This document shows positions 58,778-64,000 of a DNA stretch of 64,000 bases, piece after piece. The DNA is from an uncultured Aestuariivirga sp. (GTDB taxonomy: Bacteria; Pseudomonadota; Alphaproteobacteria; Rhizobiales; Aestuariivirgaceae): the NCBI GenBank assembly GCA_964392525.1, contig CAYMQH010000002.1, positions 37,992 to 101,991 of the forward strand, given 5' to 3'. The notes under the pieces were generated by a model. It did no database searches. It saw only the letters and a list, made by a program, of their open reading frames with translations, and had not been told where the DNA came from. How positions within the stretch are numbered: position 1 is the first letter of the stretch; each line of letters opens with the position of its first letter. Position numbers and translations under genes: made by a program.

Positions 58778-58792
58778 TTAACAAGCGCTTAA
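58778..58792 (-). promoter_or_regulatory. CtrA box
   Basis: TTAA-CAAGCGC-TTAA, exact TTAA-N7-TTAA upstream of the DUF882 gene. Confidence 0.7.
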
Positions 58793-58814
58793 TTGAGAAG
58801 CTGCACTGCTGCGG

Positions 58815-60701
58815 TCAGCGCTGGGCCACCAGCACGGCCGAGCGAGCCTTCTGTATGGTCGCATCCCGGCCGTAGATATCCTTGAAATACCTGATGCGGC
58901 CATCGGCATCCGGCCAGGCGGTGAAATAGGTGACGTGGACCGGAAGTTTGGTCTTCAGCGTGATGGTTTCGGTTTTCGGCGTTCCGAGATGCGCGTCCAC
59001 CTCCTCCGGCGACCAGCCCAACACGACGGCCGCGAAGTCGCGCGGGTTCTGAACGCGCACGCAGCCATGGCTGAAGGCTCTCTCGTCACGGTCGAACAGT
59101 TCGCGGTTCGGCGTGTCATGCATGTAGATGTCGTGGGAATTGGGGAACAGGAACTTCACTTCCCCAAGGGCATTGTCTTCACCCGGCGGCTGATGCACGC
59201 CAAACGGTATCCTGCTGCCATAACTTGCCCAGTTGATGGAGCGTGACGGCACGACCTTGCCGTTCTGGTTCACTACCTTGAAACCCATGCGGTCGAGATA
59301 GCCCGGGTCCCGGCGGAGCTTCGGCAGGTAGTCCTTGCGGATGATCGACTGCGGCACACCCCAGGAGGGATTGAACACCACGTATTCCATCTCGTCATGG
59401 AACAGATAGGTCTGGGTCGTCGGCCGGCCGACGATCACGCGGCTTTCCCATATGGTGCGGCCATTCTCGACGACCTTTGCTTCGAAGGCCGGTTGATTGA
59501 CGAACACATAGCGGTTGCCGAGATCGCGCGGCAGCCAGCGCAGCCGTTCCATATTGTCGACAAGTATGTCCGCATGAACTGCCGCCCGGCTGGTGTTGAG
59601 GGCGGTCACTGTCTGGGGGCCGAGCGCGCCGGATACCTTGATGCCGGAAGTTTTCTGGAACAGGCGGAGTTGCACCGACAGTTCGGCGTCCAGCAGCGTC
59701 GGGTCGCCATCCTCCGCCATGGCCGCCACATAGCCCAGTTCCTCGAGGCGCTGGCGCACCGACGGAATGCGCTCGTCATTGCCGCCCTTCTTGACGACCG
59801 GGCCATCTTCGATGACGCTCACCGTGACAGGCGCGGCACCGCGCGCTTCGGCCAGCGCCGTCTTCATCGCCGCATAGGCGGGGTGGTTCGGGTGAAGGCT
59901 TTTCAGATAGTCGGCCGGGAAGGGCGACCACGCCAGTACCTTCATGGCCTGGCTGGCCGGAACCCAGCCGGGCTTCACATCATGATAGCGCGACAGGCGG
60001 TTCGGATCGAACTGGCCGCCGGAGGCATCACGCGCATAGCGCAGTGCGGCGGCGGTGAGGTCGATGTCGAGCCGCGCCATAGCGGCCGGGTCCTGCACGG
60101 GAAGCGGTGCGTCGAAGCCCGCAAGCCCGCCGGGAAGATAGGCCTGGGGGTCCAGCCCGTCATCGGCCGCGGATGACAGCAGCCTCAGCACCGCGGCGCC
60201 GCGCGGGCTCAATGTTCCGTCCGCGAGCCAGATCGGCCTGAATGCCTGCGACCGGTATTGGTCCAAAATCGCATCGCGCGCCATCGGCAGCACCCGGAGC
60301 GATGCATTCTCACCGGTCAGTTGATCGTGGATTGCACCGGCTGCGGGGTCGGCCGGGCGGGGTTCGCTCAGCTTGAGGGCACTGAGCGCTGCAAGCTTGG
60401 GCGCGACATAGGTGAGATTGCCCATGCCAAGGCCGGGATCGGGCTCTGGGTCGGCGTCAGACCATGTGGTGGCGGAGGCGGCCTTCATGCCCTGGCCGGG
60501 AACGCCCAGAGCGTCCCGGTTGTTTTTCCAGCCGAACAGGTTGCGGCTCATCTCCTTGCGGGTGTCGCGCTTCTTGGGGGTGAACAGGCGTTCGAGAAAG
60601 CCGGGCTTCTGCTTCTTCACCCCGCTGTCGGCCAAAGCGGAACCGCTGGCCACGAGGGCAGCCAAACACGCAACGGCACACGCCTTAACGAACGTCTTCA
60701 T
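58815..60701 (-). CDS. L,D-transpeptidase (YcbB/LdtD type) with scaffold and PG-binding domains
   Basis: NMERLRWLP, VFVNQP, SRVIVG, NPSWGVP, IYMHDTP..AFSHGCVRV catalytic motif. Confidence 0.92.
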   Translation of the reverse strand: MKTFVKACAVACLAALVASGSALADSGVKKQKPGFLERLFTPKKRDTRKEMSRNLFGWKNNRDALGVPGQGMKAASATTWSDADPEPDPGLGMGNLTYVAPKLAALSALKLSEPRPADPAAGAIHDQLTGENASLRVLPMARDAILDQYRSQAFRPIWLADGTLSPRGAAVLRLLSSAADDGLDPQAYLPGGLAGFDAPLPVQDPAAMARLDIDLTAAALRYARDASGGQFDPNRLSRYHDVKPGWVPASQAMKVLAWSPFPADYLKSLHPNHPAYAAMKTALAEARGAAPVTVSVIEDGPVVKKGGNDERIPSVRQRLEELGYVAAMAEDGDPTLLDAELSVQLRLFQKTSGIKVSGALGPQTVTALNTSRAAVHADILVDNMERLRWLPRDLGNRYVFVNQPAFEAKVVENGRTIWESRVIVGRPTTQTYLFHDEMEYVVFNPSWGVPQSIIRKDYLPKLRRDPGYLDRMGFKVVNQNGKVVPSRSINWASYGSRIPFGVHQPPGEDNALGEVKFLFPNSHDIYMHDTPNRELFDRDERAFSHGCVRVQNPRDFAAVVLGWSPEEVDAHLGTPKTETITLKTKLPVHVTYFTAWPDADGRIRYFKDIYGRDATIQKARSAVLVAQR

Positions 60702-60800
60702 AACACCTACCTGCGCCTCACCAGACGTCGTCATGTTTAGCGCGTTCGGGCCCCGATGGAAAATCAAATCCTTTTCATTCCGGCTTTGCTCAGCTTGACT

Positions 60801-62306
<1,506 letters not shown>

Positions 62307-62418
62307 GCGTTGTTGAACTTCTTCTTGGGTGCTGACGGAAGAAGAAGGAAAAACCACTCCGGCGTGCAAGGCTCCGGTGCGACTCGCCTTCTTCTGTGTG
62401 GTAAACTCTCACCCAAGG

Positions 62419-62434
62419 GTAAAGGCGCTGTTAA
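62419..62434 (-). promoter_or_regulatory. CtrA box upstream of the TacA-like gene
   Basis: minus strand TTAA-CAGCGCC-TTTAC, one mismatch to TTAA-N7-TTAAC. Confidence 0.6.
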
Positions 62435-62532
62435 TGCACAGGCACGTTTGGGGACAATCAGCGAGGCTTTCGCGGCGCGCCGATGGGACCTGATGGCAGT
62501 TGTGGGAAGTGAATTCAACCGAGGGTGTTTTT

Positions 62533-64000
62533 TTGAGCCTGTTGCGTATCACCTTGTTCGCCATCGCCGCGCTGGGCCTCGCAGGCGGTTTTGCCGCAAC
62601 CTATCTCGGCGTCGGGTCGCTGCAGCCGTGGATCTGGGGCGTGGCGGCAGGGCTGGTCCTCGTGTCACTGACCGGAGAAATCGTCACGTCGCTGCTCAAG
62701 GGCGAGGTGGGGCTCGACATCGTGGCTGGTCTTTCGATCTCCGCCGCGCTGGCATTCGGCGAAACGCTGGCGGCCGGCGTCGTGGCCCTCATGTATGCGG
62801 GCGGCCAGTTGCTCGAAGACATCGCGGCCAACCGGGCCCGCGCCGACATGCGCGCCCTTCTGGCCCGCGTGCCGAGGACGGCGCTGCGCTATGACGACGG
62901 CCATCTGCGCGAAGTGCTGATCGACGAACTGCGCCCCGGTGACAGGCTGCTGCTGCGCCAAGGCGATATCATTCCGGCGGACGGCCGCGTCACGTCTGGC
63001 AAGGCGCTGCTCGACATGGCGGCGCTCACCGGGGAATCGGTGCCGGTGCGCGGCCTTGAGGGTGAAGAGATTCAAAGCGGTGCACGCTCGCTCGATACGG
63101 CCTTCGACATGGTGGTGCTGCGGCCTGCCTCGGAGAGCACCTATGCGGGGATCGTGCGCCTCGTGCAGGCGGCACAGGCCGCAAAGGCACCCATGGTGCG
63201 ACTGGCGGACCGCTACGCCATCCTGTTCCTTGCTGTCACCGTGGCGCTGGCGGGCGGCACCTATCTGGTGACGGGCGATCACATCCGCATGCTGGCGGTG
63301 CTGGTGTCGGCAACGCCATGCCCGCTCATTCTCGCTGTGCCAGTTGCGATCATCTCCGGGATGGGCAAGGCGGCGCGGCGCGGGCTTCTGATGAAGGGTG
63401 GCCCGGTTCTCGAAACCATGGCGCGCGCCACCACACTCGTCATCGACAAGACAGGCACACTCACCAAGGGCCGGTCGGATGTGGCAGAGATCGTTCCTGC
63501 GGGACGCTGGAGCAGGGATGAGATGCTGCGGCTTGCCGCCTCGCTCGAGCAGGCCTCCGCCCATGTCACTGCGGCTTCGATCGTCGATGCGGCCCGTGCC
63601 CGGGGGCTTCACCTGTCTCACCCCGTGGATGTTCGTGAAACCGCGGGCGAGGGCCTGATCGGAACTGTTGATGGCCGGGTGGTCATCATCGGCGGCCATG
63701 ATTTCGTGCACCGCCAGCTGGGGCAGGGCCATGTTGCAAAGCCGGTGCGTCCGCCCGGCATGGCGGTGGCGGCCCTCGCCGTGTCCGGTGAGTTCGCCGG
63801 GAACATCCTGCTGGCGGATGCGGTGCGGCCAGAGACGCCGCGCGCGCTCGCGGATCTTCGCGCCGGCGGCATCACCCGCATCGTTCTCGCCTCGGGCGAC
63901 TCGCAGGCGGTGGTGGACAGGATCGGCGAAGAACTGCCGCTGGATGTGTTGCGCGGCGAACTCACACCGCAGGAGAAGGTCGCCATCGTTCTTGCCGAGC
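62533..64000 (+). CDS. heavy-metal P1B-type ATPase, truncated by the window end
   Basis: hand-translated open frame from TTG behind GAGGG: TGES (63028), ATPCPLILA (63310), DKTGT (63445), SGD. Confidence 0.92.
   Translation, partial: MSLLRITLFAIAALGLAGGFAATYLGVGSLQPWIWGVAAGLVLVSLTGEIVTSLLKGEVGLDIVAGLSISAALAFGETLAAGVVALMYAGGQLLEDIAANRARADMRALLARVPRTALRYDDGHLREVLIDELRPGDRLLLRQGDIIPADGRVTSGKALLDMAALTGESVPVRGLEGEEIQSGARSLDTAFDMVVLRPASESTYAGIVRLVQAAQAAKAPMVRLADRYAILFLAVTVALAGGTYLVTGDHIRMLAVLVSATPCPLILAVPVAIISGMGKAARRGLLMKGGPVLETMARATTLVIDKTGTLTKGRSDVAEIVPAGRWSRDEMLRLAASLEQASAHVTAASIVDAARARGLHLSHPVDVRETAGEGLIGTVDGRVVIIGGHDFVHRQLGQGHVAKPVRPPGMAVAALAVSGEFAGNILLADAVRPETPRALADLRAGGITRIVLASGDSQAVVDRIGEELPLDVLRGELTPQEKVAIVLAE

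Overview
GC-rich alphaproteobacterial chromosome segment, most likely Hyphomicrobiales (inferred from the pyk-DUF1036 / N-formylglutamate amidohydrolase-DUF1244-GapR / YcbK-LdtD-TacA synteny and CtrA boxes). No rRNA, tRNA, CRISPR array, phage or IS was recognised. (1) 1.8-16.8 kb: an AcoR-type sigma-54 activator lies between two operons that each carry a readable -24/-12 promoter. The leftward operon encodes an amidase, an SDR, an alpha/beta-hydrolase and two tandem Lin0512-family proteins. The rightward operon is acoXABC plus a CUT1 ABC transporter and an AhpD/CMD gene, with no E3. This is the best candidate for an undescribed catabolic system. (2) 17-18 kb: cspA-orf-rpsU cold-shock operon. 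(3) 18-22 kb: exported-protein island. (4) 22-41 kb: serine-cycle module (sga, mtkAB, mcl) next to a non-pyrrolysine MttB, two GcvT-type dehydrogenases, a class III aminotransferase and a sulfotransferase-like gene, suggesting quaternary-amine demethylation coupled to C1 assimilation. (5) 41-52 kb: short DXS, ApsD-like dehydrogenase, an NCS2 permease fused to a degenerate RsbW-like domain, StcD/TetR, and an adenylate cyclase-DUF3307 pair. (6) 52-64 kb: core genes with CtrA boxes and a truncated P1B-type ATPase with a TPCP motif. rpmJ and the P-type ATPase are missing from the ORF track and were read by hand. All family calls come from motif recognition by eye; no searches were run.
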